This document shows positions 16,663-24,523 of a stretch of DNA of 24,866 bases, in pieces. A program made the translations under genes and the position numbers. A model generated the notes under the pieces. It had not been told where the DNA came from. It saw nothing but the letters and a program-made list of their open reading frames with translations, and did no database searches. Positions within the stretch are counted from its first letter, which is position 1, and the number at the start of each line of letters is the position of its first letter. Origin of the DNA: a virus (lineage: Duplodnaviria > Caudoviricetes); the IMG/VR virus record IMGVR_UViG_3300008255_000452, positions 1 through 24,866 of that record; one strand, given 5' to 3'.

Positions 16663-18153
16663 TTATGCTATACGTTGTGGTATCCGGCTATTCTTGCTGC
16701 CAACCATTGTGTTAAAGGTGGGCATCCCCATGTAATCATGAGTTATAGGTCTTGCTCCAATAACCCCCTTAATATTACGCTCTTTTGCCCATGCAAGAAA
16801 CTGACTTGTACTATCAACCATATCGTCATGCTTGGCATTGGGAAACAGCATCAACTGATTAACATAATCATCTAGCCAATGTGAGTACTCTGGCAGCACC
16901 ACATTCCCTGTTTCAAACTCAACAGATACCATACTCAATCGTGTCACTTTGTCGCTTTTTGGGATAATTGGTATAAGTGGCAACATAGAGGATTGTCGCA
17001 ACTCTTGCAGCAATGCTTGCCCGCTGGCCTTATCCTCAATCAAAATCCAATCAGGCTTATCACGCTCTGCCATTTCTTGTACTTTGCGTTTCAGATCAGG
17101 AAACTCCATGCGCTGACATATAACATCAAGCAAATAGTAACCATCAGATTTTACGCCCCATACAGTGCAAACACTATAATCATTTAAAACGCCTTCTTTG
17201 CTTGCTGTGTCCCAGCTGTGAATAATTTTATTAAATGCCAAAGGTCTTTCTGGATAGTATCGCATCCAATTCTTTTTAATCAGGCCACCACCAACGGGCG
17301 CTGGGTTCTGCAAATATTGTGCTGCATAGCCATAGCCACCAACATCAATATGTATTTGCCTAAGCTCATCGCGCCCAAGGCGCTCAGGCATAAGCAGATC
17401 GCCCTTGCTTGCCTCCCATCGCTTATTATTAATAGCAACTACTGTTCGCCTAACAAATTCAGCAGGCAAGTTGAGGCTTTGCCAACCTCTTTCTATTAAA
17501 TGACCGGATGCATCCTCCTCATGTAGCCTTTGCATAACAAGCACACCAACGCCAGTTTTAGGGTCGTTCTTACGTGTCATAAAAACAGTATCAATCCAAT
17601 CGTTTGTTTTGTTTCTCATAGTGTCAGACAACGCTTCGTCTGGCTTTAGCGGATCATCAAGTATAAGAAAGTCACCACCCTCACCAGTCAGCGTGCCACC
17701 AACAGACGTAGCTATCCTGTGACCTCTTCCGGTTGTTGTAAACTTTCTTTTCTCGTTTTGATCGCTTGCTATTTCAATGTCTGGGAAACAATCACGATAC
17801 CAATCAGACTCAAGAATCATGCGCACATTGATGTTATCTTTAAGTGCTAAATTTTGCGAATATGATGCGCCAATGATTTGCCTCGAAGGATTATGACCAA
17901 GTAACCAAGCAGACCAAGCCACACTTACGGTAATAGTTTTCATGCATCTAGGTGGTATATTGATTACTAGATTGCTTATTTGCCCATTCTCACAAGCGTT
18001 TAAATATTCACAAATAGCGTCAATATGCCAACCATGAACATACTTGTGAGATGGTGAAACCGTGTGGAATACCCTTCTAACAAAGGCAGGGAAACTATTG
18101 CGATAAAGCCCTGTTGCTATTGCGATAGCGCGGCTTTCAGGTATATCAATCAT
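16663..18153 (-). CDS. terL: Terminase large subunit
   Basis: Walker A-like IPPRCMKT, Walker B LILDDP, MQRLHEED, YLQNP, RNase H-like SWDTASK, IEDKASG, HDDMVDS. Confidence 0.96.
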   Translation of the reverse strand: MIDIPESRAIAIATGLYRNSFPAFVRRVFHTVSPSHKYVHGWHIDAICEYLNACENGQISNLVINIPPRCMKTITVSVAWSAWLLGHNPSRQIIGASYSQNLALKDNINVRMILESDWYRDCFPDIEIASDQNEKRKFTTTGRGHRIATSVGGTLTGEGGDFLILDDPLKPDEALSDTMRNKTNDWIDTVFMTRKNDPKTGVGVLVMQRLHEEDASGHLIERGWQSLNLPAEFVRRTVVAINNKRWEASKGDLLMPERLGRDELRQIHIDVGGYGYAAQYLQNPAPVGGGLIKKNWMRYYPERPLAFNKIIHSWDTASKEGVLNDYSVCTVWGVKSDGYYLLDVICQRMEFPDLKRKVQEMAERDKPDWILIEDKASGQALLQELRQSSMLPLIPIIPKSDKVTRLSMVSVEFETGNVVLPEYSHWLDDYVNQLMLFPNAKHDDMVDSTSQFLAWAKERNIKGVIGARPITHDYMGMPTFNTMVGSKNSRIPQRIA

Positions 18154-18454
18154 CTATGACATTCACGTCAAGGGATTTTAATATCTCTTTGTCAGTACTT
18201 GATAGCCTATGAGTGTTTTCAACAGAACCAGACATTTCAGTTCTTGCAAGTTTAGGAAACGCATACTCGGCCATTTTTGCTACATGATCCAGCCTTTTAG
18301 ATGGGTCATCTATTTCATTAAGCCATTCTACCATTTTTGGGGCAGCATACTCCAAAAAGTTGTTAATAGCCTCCTTAAACTCTCTAGTTTTCTTGTTTGG
18401 CTTACCCTTTGGGCGGCCATTTGGGTTGTTGCTTTTCTTTCCCCTTAAAGACAT
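18146..18454 (-). CDS. terS: Terminase small subunit
   Basis: NPNGRPKGKPNK N-terminal motif, EYAFPKLARTE; overlaps the terL start; AAGGA RBS. Confidence 0.82.
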   Translation of the reverse strand: MSLRGKKSNNPNGRPKGKPNKKTREFKEAINNFLEYAAPKMVEWLNEIDDPSKRLDHVAKMAEYAFPKLARTEMSGSVENTHRLSSTDKEILKSLDVNVIDD

Positions 18455-18485
18455 TCCTTAACTTTCAGTAGTTTATAAAAACCAT

Positions 18486-18521
18486 TTGTTAATTATACAT
18501 GTATTTTTTGTTAATTGTCTA
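18486..18521 (-). promoter_or_regulatory. Candidate sigma70-type promoter upstream of terS with a direct repeat
   Basis: Minus strand TAGACA-N18-TATAAT; AATTAACAAA occurs twice, 22 bp apart. Confidence 0.45.
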
Positions 18522-18812
18522 TTTTAATAATGCTGTCCTTGCATTATTAGCCCGCTCCATCCATAAGCCATGACGTTCTTTCTCTTCTTTGTGCCTAAAG
18601 GCCAGCTCTTCATAATGTGAGATGGAAACGTGTGACTGCTTTCCCTTGTGGGTCACAACAAACCCTATATTTTCTTTATCGTGGCCCCATATTTTCTTTA
18701 CTCCATCAAGTTCATCAAAAACGGATATGATTTTACGCAATAACGGTGTGCCATTTTTCTTTGCACTATCAAGATTCAAATCTTTGATATAGTTAACGTC
18801 GTTTTTGCCCAT
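18519..18812 (-). CDS. Hypothetical protein (97 aa)
   Basis: GAGGT RBS before ATG 18812 (MGKNDV...); no recognised family. Confidence 0.7.
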   Translation of the reverse strand: MGKNDVNYIKDLNLDSAKKNGTPLLRKIISVFDELDGVKKIWGHDKENIGFVVTHKGKQSHVSISHYEELAFRHKEEKERHGLWMERANNARTALLK

Positions 18813-18822
18813 AAATACCTCT

Positions 18823-18860
18823 AAAAAATGGGGCTGGAAACAGGAGGGAAAACCAGCCCC
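18823..18860 (-). terminator. Probable intrinsic terminator between the replication and packaging modules
   Basis: GGGGCTGG-N15-CCAGCCCC-ATTTTTT on the minus strand. Confidence 0.6.
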
Positions 18861-19032
18861 TAACAAAGTAGGTCTTGTGTAATTAATCCTTACTGCTTTT
18901 CTTCCTGTTTGTAAAGCGCCTCAATTAAAAGCCTCTCTACGGCTATAAGTCTAATGCGCTTGTGCAGCGCATATGGCATGTATTTTCACTCAACTTACAG
19001 TACACATGGAAATGTAGTAGCTCCCACTCAGC

Positions 19033-19221
19033 TAACCCCCTCAGGGGTTAAGCTCCTGAGGGAGCTTACCCCAAAGTGTCCAACTAATCAAGAGAAAAAT
19101 CAAACATTTATGCTTTGTCCAACTTTTTGGCGTGTCCAACTTTATATATATGATAAATAACAATAAAAGTTGGACAAAATGAAAAGTTGGACACTGTCCA
19201 ACAATGCGGTGTCCAACTTTT
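19033..19221. repeat. Putative replication origin: seven TGTCCAAC repeats, AT-rich core and twin hairpins
   Basis: TGTCCAAC at 19077, 19116, 19133, 19195, 19210; inverted GTTGGACA at 19169, 19186; AT-rich 19141-19168; hairpins 19033-19050 and 19049-19068; directly downstream of the helicase gene. Confidence 0.72.
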
Positions 19222-19260
19222 AACGCGAATATTTATTTTAGAGAAGCCCTATCGGTGCAA

Positions 19261-20421
19261 CTAAAGAAGCCTTAAAACCATCTTGTTATTCTGGTCACGA
19301 ATCAGGCAAACACCATCTTCCTGTGCTGCCATTTCGTTAAGAAGTCTTGAAACAGATTTATAAGAGCCAAGGCCATTTTTATTAGCCATGAAATTTGAGA
19401 AGCTATTTATAGTATGTCTTTCATCAGACTCAGCAAGGGCAGAGATAAGCACATTTACGCGCCGATTTCTTTCATCACCTATACGTGTTTGGGTTTCCTG
19501 TACCTTGCACCAGCGGCCTTCTATTTTGTCCACATGGATATTGGGAAGTTTAGCGCCATTACGCAATTCAGAAGTAAGCACACACTCACTTACATCTTCA
19601 TCCGGCCTGTACATAACCATACCAGTCGTATAATAGCGCCTTATGGAGCTAGCCCCACTAAACATCTGGAAGGGGTCTTTAATTAGCTCATCCTTGGCAA
19701 TCTTTTTAGTATGGTGGACAAGCATAAAGCTGGTTTCTGGCTTTGCGTAATCGCGTAAAGCCTCAACCCGCTGGCTAAGAAATGTCATCATCTGGGCGTT
19801 ATCGTTTTCAGACTCTTGGTCATAAACATTAGCTATGGGGTCGATTACGATAATATCGGGAACAAAGTGCTGTTTTATGGTGTTGCCAATAGTTTCAACG
19901 CCATCTTTATCCAGAAGCATCCTGATTTGCGGGGTAATAATAAGATTCTCTTCAACAATAGAGAGGCAGTCACGGTTTATATCAATCGCTTTTACACGCT
20001 CCCTCAGATAGTGATACTGAACTTCTGCTTGCAGGTAGAATATTTTAAGGGGGTGGGGTGGGTACATACCCATAAATGGCAATCCGGCGGCCATATGAGC
20101 CAGCCAAGAAAGCAGAAAATCCGACTTACCCACTTTGGGGGCGCCCCCGAAAACAAGCATTCCGCTTGGCGTTAATACGCGGGGATAGATGATATCCTGC
20201 GGTATGGGGGTTTTATCTTTTAGCAGCTCACCAAAAGTAAAAGCGGGGATGGTTTTAACAGGAGCTTCAAACCAAGGGCTTCCAGCCAGCTCGGCATCCT
20301 CTGCCTCCTGTTCTAGTAAAAGGGCATCCAAACGGGCGTTTTCAGCCTCCCTGTATGCCTGTTTTTGCTCTTCAGACCAGCTATTGAACTCTTCTATGGA
20401 CACTGCCGACATGGTTAGCAC
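19261..20421 (-). CDS. AAA_25 family RepA-like replicative helicase with probable C-terminal DNA-binding domain
   Basis: Walker A GGAPKVGKS, YLQAE, Walker B IIVIDP, ENDNAQM, LVHHTKK, FSGASS, ELRN; start may be 20412. Confidence 0.88.
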   Translation of the reverse strand: MLTMSAVSIEEFNSWSEEQKQAYREAENARLDALLLEQEAEDAELAGSPWFEAPVKTIPAFTFGELLKDKTPIPQDIIYPRVLTPSGMLVFGGAPKVGKSDFLLSWLAHMAAGLPFMGMYPPHPLKIFYLQAEVQYHYLRERVKAIDINRDCLSIVEENLIITPQIRMLLDKDGVETIGNTIKQHFVPDIIVIDPIANVYDQESENDNAQMMTFLSQRVEALRDYAKPETSFMLVHHTKKIAKDELIKDPFQMFSGASSIRRYYTTGMVMYRPDEDVSECVLTSELRNGAKLPNIHVDKIEGRWCKVQETQTRIGDERNRRVNVLISALAESDERHTINSFSNFMANKNGLGSYKSVSRLLNEMAAQEDGVCLIRDQNNKMVLRLL

Positions 20422-20837
20422 CTTTTATAAAAGTCAAAGGCATCCTTTTTCTTTTGGGCATCCGATCTCAGGTCTGGTTCTGTTGGTTTATGCATTGGTC
20501 TTAATCCCTGTTTTAGTAAATGGTCGTGTACATCCTGTACGGAACGCACCAGAACATAAGGAAACCCAAGCGCCTGCACACGGCCTTGGACTTTCTTTTG
20601 TGCTGATGACTGGCGGCCGGAAATGGTTTTAACCTCGATAAATGAACACCCGCCTTTATACCAAGCTACAATATCGGGCATTCCAGCCTGCACCCCAAGC
20701 ATCTTTAAAAAGAATCCGTCTTTGGCATCGCGGCCTTGATATATAGTGGTAGCAAACAAGTGATGGAAAGCTGGGTTTTCACCCATGAGGTAATACATTA
20801 TGGCGCGGTGCAGTTTAAACTCTGTTTTGTCGCGCAT
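20415..20837 (-). CDS. VRR-NUC domain nuclease (PD-(D/E)xK, resolvase-like)
   Basis: GVQAGMPDI...FIEVKT..GRQS..QK...LGF..VLVRSV; start 20837 is TAATG-coupled to the Cro-like gene. Confidence 0.9.
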   Translation of the reverse strand: MRDKTEFKLHRAIMYYLMGENPAFHHLFATTIYQGRDAKDGFFLKMLGVQAGMPDIVAWYKGGCSFIEVKTISGRQSSAQKKVQGRVQALGFPYVLVRSVQDVHDHLLKQGLRPMHKPTEPDLRSDAQKKKDAFDFYKRC

Positions 20838-21028
20838 TATCTTTCCCATTCAATTTGATTTTCTGCCAGCTCATCAATGGCCACACCAATATCATGCGCC
20901 GGCATAGAACTATGCTCCCAGCTATAAATATTCTGTGATGTAATTTGAAACCCTAGCTTTTTTGTAAGTAGCCTAGCAAGGTGAGTCTTAGACCAGCCCT
21001 TACTTTCGCGCCATTCGTGAAGTGTCAT
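20837..21028 (-). CDS. Cro-like XRE helix-turn-helix regulator (63 aa)
   Basis: MTLHEWRESKGWSKTHLARLL...ITSQNIYSWE; AAAGGGGG RBS; first gene of the leftward operon. Confidence 0.82.
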   Translation of the reverse strand: MTLHEWRESKGWSKTHLARLLTKKLGFQITSQNIYSWEHSSMPAHDIGVAIDELAENQIEWER

Positions 21029-21137
21029 GTAGCCCCCTTTGTGTAAAATATTTATAATATGTAACAAAATATTTGTAGACATTGCAAGATATTTTATTTA
21101 GGTTATTTTTATTTTAACCACAACAACAGGAGGCAAT
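21029..21137. promoter_or_regulatory. AT-rich divergent promoter region with three candidate operators
   Basis: TAGACA-N17-TAGGTT rightward (21076-21104); TCTACA-N17-TATAAA leftward (21079-21051); AAATATTT-like palindromes at 21046, 21067, 21087. Confidence 0.55.
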
Positions 21138-22001
21138 ATGTCCAAACTTAAAGCGATTAAACCAAAAGAAGCTGCACCGAGCAAACCAAAGATAGCCGTG
21201 ATGGGTAAATACGGCGTTGGTAAAACGTGGGGGCTGCTTGATTTTCCTGCGTGTTATTATATTGACAGCGAGGGTGGCGCGAATTTACCGCATTACATAG
21301 AGAAGCTGCACAGGGCTGGTGGTGTATACCTTGGTTTAGAACAGGGCGCTGATAACTTTGATGGTGTGATTGAACAGGTGAAGGCTTTGGCTACTGAAAA
21401 ACACCCATACAAGACGCTGGTAATTGACAGCCTGTCAAAACTCTTTAATTCAGAGATTGTGAAAGAAGCCGAACGCCTTGGTGATAAAGATGCTTTTGGC
21501 GCGTCTAAAAAGCCAGCGGTTAAGCTGTCTGCCCGTCTTATGTACTGGGTAGAAAAGCTGGATATGAATGTAATACTGGTTACGCATGAAAAATCTGAAT
21601 GGCTGAAGGGTGAGCAGGTTGGCGTAATGCCGGACGCACAGGACAAGCTAGGTCATGATCTGCATTTGTTATTGCAGATTGTAAAGCAGGGCGATACCCG
21701 CAAGGCATTGGTGAAGAAAACCCGCCTGACAGGATTTCCTGATGGCTCCAGCTTTGAATGGAACTATGCAGAATTTGCCAAGCGTTATGGCAAGGATATC
21801 ATGGAAACGGATGCTAAACCCGTTGTTATAGCTACGCCGGAACAGGTGGCGGAAGTTCATAAACTGCTTGAGAATATCAAGCTCACAGATTCCACTAAAG
21901 ATAAGTGGATAGCCAGCAACCTTGATATGATGCCAGAAATGGAAGCGGAAAAGGTAGTAGGCGTTATTAACCATCTTAAATCTAAAATCAAAGGAGAATA
22001 A
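21138..22001 (+). CDS. AAA_24 ATPase, Sak4-like phage recombination protein
   Basis: Walker A GKYGVGKT, IDSEGG, YKTLVIDSLS, NVILVTHEK, KTR; AGGAGG RBS; paired with an SSB-like gene. Confidence 0.85.
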   Translation: MSKLKAIKPKEAAPSKPKIAVMGKYGVGKTWGLLDFPACYYIDSEGGANLPHYIEKLHRAGGVYLGLEQGADNFDGVIEQVKALATEKHPYKTLVIDSLSKLFNSEIVKEAERLGDKDAFGASKKPAVKLSARLMYWVEKLDMNVILVTHEKSEWLKGEQVGVMPDAQDKLGHDLHLLLQIVKQGDTRKALVKKTRLTGFPDGSSFEWNYAEFAKRYGKDIMETDAKPVVIATPEQVAEVHKLLENIKLTDSTKDKWIASNLDMMPEMEAEKVVGVINHLKSKIKGE

Positions 22002-22003
22002 CT

Positions 22004-22441
22004 ATGGGCTATACACCAAAATCCGAAGAACAGCTTGCTGAAGAAGGGCTGCTTGCTGACGGCATCTATGATTATGAGATTTTTTCAGCAGAAGAAAAGA
22101 TAAGCAAGGCTGGCAATGATATGTACGTGCTTGGTCTGCATATTTTTGACAATGAAGGCGGCCAGCGCACCATTACGGATTATATTGCGCTTGGTAGTAA
22201 TTATGGTGAGCGTAAGTTGCGCCATGCCTGTGACGCAAGCAATATGATTGCTGTATATGAAAGCGGCAATCTTGTGGCTGAAGACTTCCTGAACAAAACG
22301 GGCAAGCTCACCATTGGCAAGCAGGACGGCACAACAGAATACCCTACGCCAAAGAATGTGGTTAAGGGATATGTAAAGCGCGACATACAATCCAAACAAC
22401 CAGTAGATAAGGTTGTTGAAGGGGATGATATCCCTTTTTAA
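22004..22441 (+). CDS. DUF669-like single-stranded DNA-binding protein
   Basis: LLADGIYDYEI..AEEKISKAGNDM N-terminal motif, KNVVKGY, acidic DDIPF C-terminus; AAGGAG RBS. Confidence 0.85.
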   Translation: MGYTPKSEEQLAEEGLLADGIYDYEIFSAEEKISKAGNDMYVLGLHIFDNEGGQRTITDYIALGSNYGERKLRHACDASNMIAVYESGNLVAEDFLNKTGKLTIGKQDGTTEYPTPKNVVKGYVKRDIQSKQPVDKVVEGDDIPF

Positions 22442-22455
22442 TAGAGGGGTTTCAT

Positions 22456-22503
22456 AAATCCGCCCTTCAGGCTGGCTTTATCGCCATGCTTGAGGGGCGG
22501 TTT
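22456..22503 (+). terminator. Long stem-loop after the SSB gene (weak terminator or processing site)
   Basis: CCGCCCTTCAGGC-TGGC-tttatc-GCCA-T-GCTTGAGGGGCGG followed by only TTT. Confidence 0.45.
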
Positions 22504-22534
22504 GCGGATTCCGATTATGTCAAACAACTAGCAT

Positions 22535-23254
22535 ATGAGTTTTATGAAGCCGACAAAAATAATAGGTAATTGCGAATTATATCTTGGCGATTGCATGGAT
22601 ATTATGCCAACGCTTGGATTGAGGTTAGCTGCAGTTATAGACCCTCCTTACGGTATTAATATAGGCGGCTCAGGCACTATAGGCGGCTCAGGTGTTGTAT
22701 CGCCAAAAGATTACGGTGTCTCTGATTGGGATAAAACAGGAATGAGTAAGGAGCAATGGGGGGAAATTAAAATGCATTGTGATGAATGGATAGTATGGGG
22801 GGCTAATCACCTATCGGATGTTTTAGGTTCATCTGCGGGGATTCTTGTATGGGATAAAAAATGTCAAAATGGCTGGAATGATACATTTTCTGAAATGGAA
22901 ATAGCTTATACAAACACAATTACATGCGCTAAAGGATTTAGGCATTTATGGGCGGGTGCGCTACGTCATAGCGAGCAGGGTGCTAATGTGAGACAGCACC
23001 CTACACAAAAACCGATTAAATTGATGGAATGGTGTTTGGGCTTCGTTGACTTAAAATTAACCATACTCGATTGCTACCTTGGCAGCGGAACTACAGGCGT
23101 TGCTTGCGCCAAGATGGGACGTAAATTCATAGGCATCGAGCGCGAACCTGAATATTTCGACATAGCCTGCCGCCGTATTGAGGAAGCCTACAAGCAGCCG
23201 GATTTGCTCATTGAGCCAGTAGCAAAAGCGGAGCAGGAAAAGCTGGATTTATGA
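22535..23254 (+). CDS. DNA methyltransferase, N6-adenine/N4-cytosine family (beta-class motif order), orphan
   Basis: LYLGDC, motif IV DPPY, HPTQKP, motif I ILDCYLGSGTTGVA, FIGIE. Confidence 0.93.
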   Translation: MSFMKPTKIIGNCELYLGDCMDIMPTLGLRLAAVIDPPYGINIGGSGTIGGSGVVSPKDYGVSDWDKTGMSKEQWGEIKMHCDEWIVWGANHLSDVLGSSAGILVWDKKCQNGWNDTFSEMEIAYTNTITCAKGFRHLWAGALRHSEQGANVRQHPTQKPIKLMEWCLGFVDLKLTILDCYLGSGTTGVACAKMGRKFIGIEREPEYFDIACRRIEEAYKQPDLLIEPVAKAEQEKLDL

Positions 23255-23272
23255 ATAATCCACCCGCTGTGG

Positions 23273-23671
23273 TTAAACCAAGCAGGACGGGTCAACGCTC
23301 CACTGTTCCATGTCAAGCGCCTTCAGCCGCCTGTTGGTTTCCCTCATCAGCTCATGAAACTTTATAGGGTTTCCATGCAGGGTCATCTTCTCGCGGTCAA
23401 ACTCCGCGTTAAACGCCCATTTCGCTAGCCTTAGAGGGTCTGGCTTTTCCTTTGCCATCCTGTACTGTTTCTCATACAGCCCACGCCCACCAAGGGGCTT
23501 GCTGTTGGGAACAAGACCTTCCTTTGCCATACGCGTCCTGACAGTTGCCTCCACAAAACCAAGCGTGTACGCGATTTGCTGTGGAGTTTTGCCGCTATCA
23601 TGAAGGTGTCTCATGATGCGCGTGGTTTCTTTAGTCCACCTTGGGGGCAGCGGCTTTTTAACGATTGTCAT
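23273..23671 (-). CDS. GcrA-like N-terminal helical/HTH domain protein
   Basis: WTKETTRIMRHLHDSGKTPQQIAYTLGFVEATVRTRMAKEGL follows the GcrA N-terminal pattern WT.E....L..L...G.S..QIA..LG....AV......GL. Confidence 0.6.
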   Translation of the reverse strand: MTIVKKPLPPRWTKETTRIMRHLHDSGKTPQQIAYTLGFVEATVRTRMAKEGLVPNSKPLGGRGLYEKQYRMAKEKPDPLRLAKWAFNAEFDREKMTLHGNPIKFHELMRETNRRLKALDMEQWSVDPSCLV

Positions 23672-23777
23672 TTTTTGGCTTCTTGGTTGGTTTCACCGTG
23701 TATCTTTGGCCAAGTCCATCAGCATAAGCTGGCGGGCAGTAGGTGATGGGAGGGGGTGTTTTTGGCGGCTCAGTCAC
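23658..23777 (-). CDS. 39-aa Pro/Lys-rich hypothetical protein (absent from the ORF track)
   Basis: GTG start overlaps the upstream stop (GTGA), with GAGG upstream; MTEPPKTPPPITYCPPAYADGLGQRYTVKPTKKPKNDNR; fills the gap to the GcrA-like gene. Confidence 0.5.
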   Translation of the reverse strand: MTEPPKTPPPITYCPPAYADGLGQRYTVKPTKKPKNDNR

Positions 23778-23917
23778 GCCTCTTCGTTCCTATGTAGCTT
23801 TGTGTGGCTGTCCAGTTTTCGGTCATGGCGGTTAAGCCTGCGCTCAATATCATACAGGCGCTTCAAGACCTCTTTCATCTCGGCTTCTAAATCTTCAATT
23901 CGTTCCTGATCAGTCAC
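23774..23917 (-). CDS. 47-aa coiled-coil hypothetical protein (absent from the ORF track)
   Basis: GTG start with GGGAG upstream; MTDQERIEDLEAEMKEVLKRLYDIERRLNRHDRKLDSHTKLHRNEEA shows a clear heptad pattern. Confidence 0.65.
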   Translation of the reverse strand: MTDQERIEDLEAEMKEVLKRLYDIERRLNRHDRKLDSHTKLHRNEEA

Positions 23918-24107
23918 TTTTCTTTCTCCCTCTGGTTGGCGCGTTAAACGCTACAGCCGCTTCCCGTTCAAAAAAGTGCATACCAAGGTACATCTTGTGA
24001 GCTGGTGCTATACCCTCACTTAACCATTTGTAAACGGTCTTTCGGGTTACCCCCTTGAGGTCTGCCAGCTCTTTTGCCGTGATTAAGTCGTTGTTTTCTA
24101 TAAGCAT
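23910..24107 (-). CDS. Excisionase/AlpA-like helix-turn-helix DNA-binding protein (65 aa)
   Basis: LITAKELADLKGVTRKTVYKWLSEG..P motif; C-terminal RGRK basic tail. Confidence 0.82.
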   Translation of the reverse strand: MLIENNDLITAKELADLKGVTRKTVYKWLSEGIAPAHKMYLGMHFFEREAAVAFNAPTRGRKKSD

Positions 24108-24203
24108 GATAATTTTGTTCTATCTTTATACGTTTTTTCTATTGCGCTGTCTTTTGAACTGTGCCATACATATCACCAATAAGTCAACAAGAAAGGAATG
24201 CAC

Positions 24204-24515
24204 ATGGCCAACGGAGAATACGATTTCACAGTACAGCCTGTAATATATAAGGGCGTTCTAGGTTCGGAATTTCAGTTTTATGTAACCGAGTATGATGCTG
24301 GCTGGTCATGGGTGCTTAAAAACCCGTCAGATATTAACGACACAGAAGAAGGCGGAGACTTTGACACGCCATGCGAAGCCATGCAGGATGCCATTAACTA
24401 TGCCAGCGGTGAAAAGCAGCGCATTGAACAGGCAGAAGAAGAAGCGCAGGAAGATGAATATGAGCGCGATAATGACAATTATTTACGCCTATACTATAGC
24501 TCAACAAGGCTGTAG
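24204..24515 (+). CDS. Acidic hypothetical early protein (103 aa)
   Basis: AAAGGA RBS spaced for ATG 24204; about 24 D/E versus 7 K/R by hand count. Confidence 0.75.
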   Translation: MANGEYDFTVQPVIYKGVLGSEFQFYVTEYDAGWSWVLKNPSDINDTEEGGDFDTPCEAMQDAINYASGEKQRIEQAEEEAQEDEYERDNDNYLRLYYSSTRL

Positions 24516-24523
24516 GAGAATTT

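Noticed and set aside
18890-18979. 29-aa minus-strand ORF MPYALHKRIRLIAVERLLIEALYKQEEKQ, loosely like a ribbon-helix-helix remnant
   Set aside because: No clear RBS, very short, lacks the RHH strand and turn; cannot be supported
19077-19221. Repeats as a mini-CRISPR array
   Set aside because: Repeats are only 8-12 bp, occur in both orientations and are irregularly spaced; no cas genes
22660-22693. Short duplication ATAGGCGGCTCAGG in the MTase gene
   Set aside because: Encodes IGGSG twice in the variable loop after DPPY; a simple local duplication
23910-24107. Excisionase-like gene as proof of lysogeny
   Set aside because: No integrase, att site or CI in the window; this HTH family also acts as plain regulators
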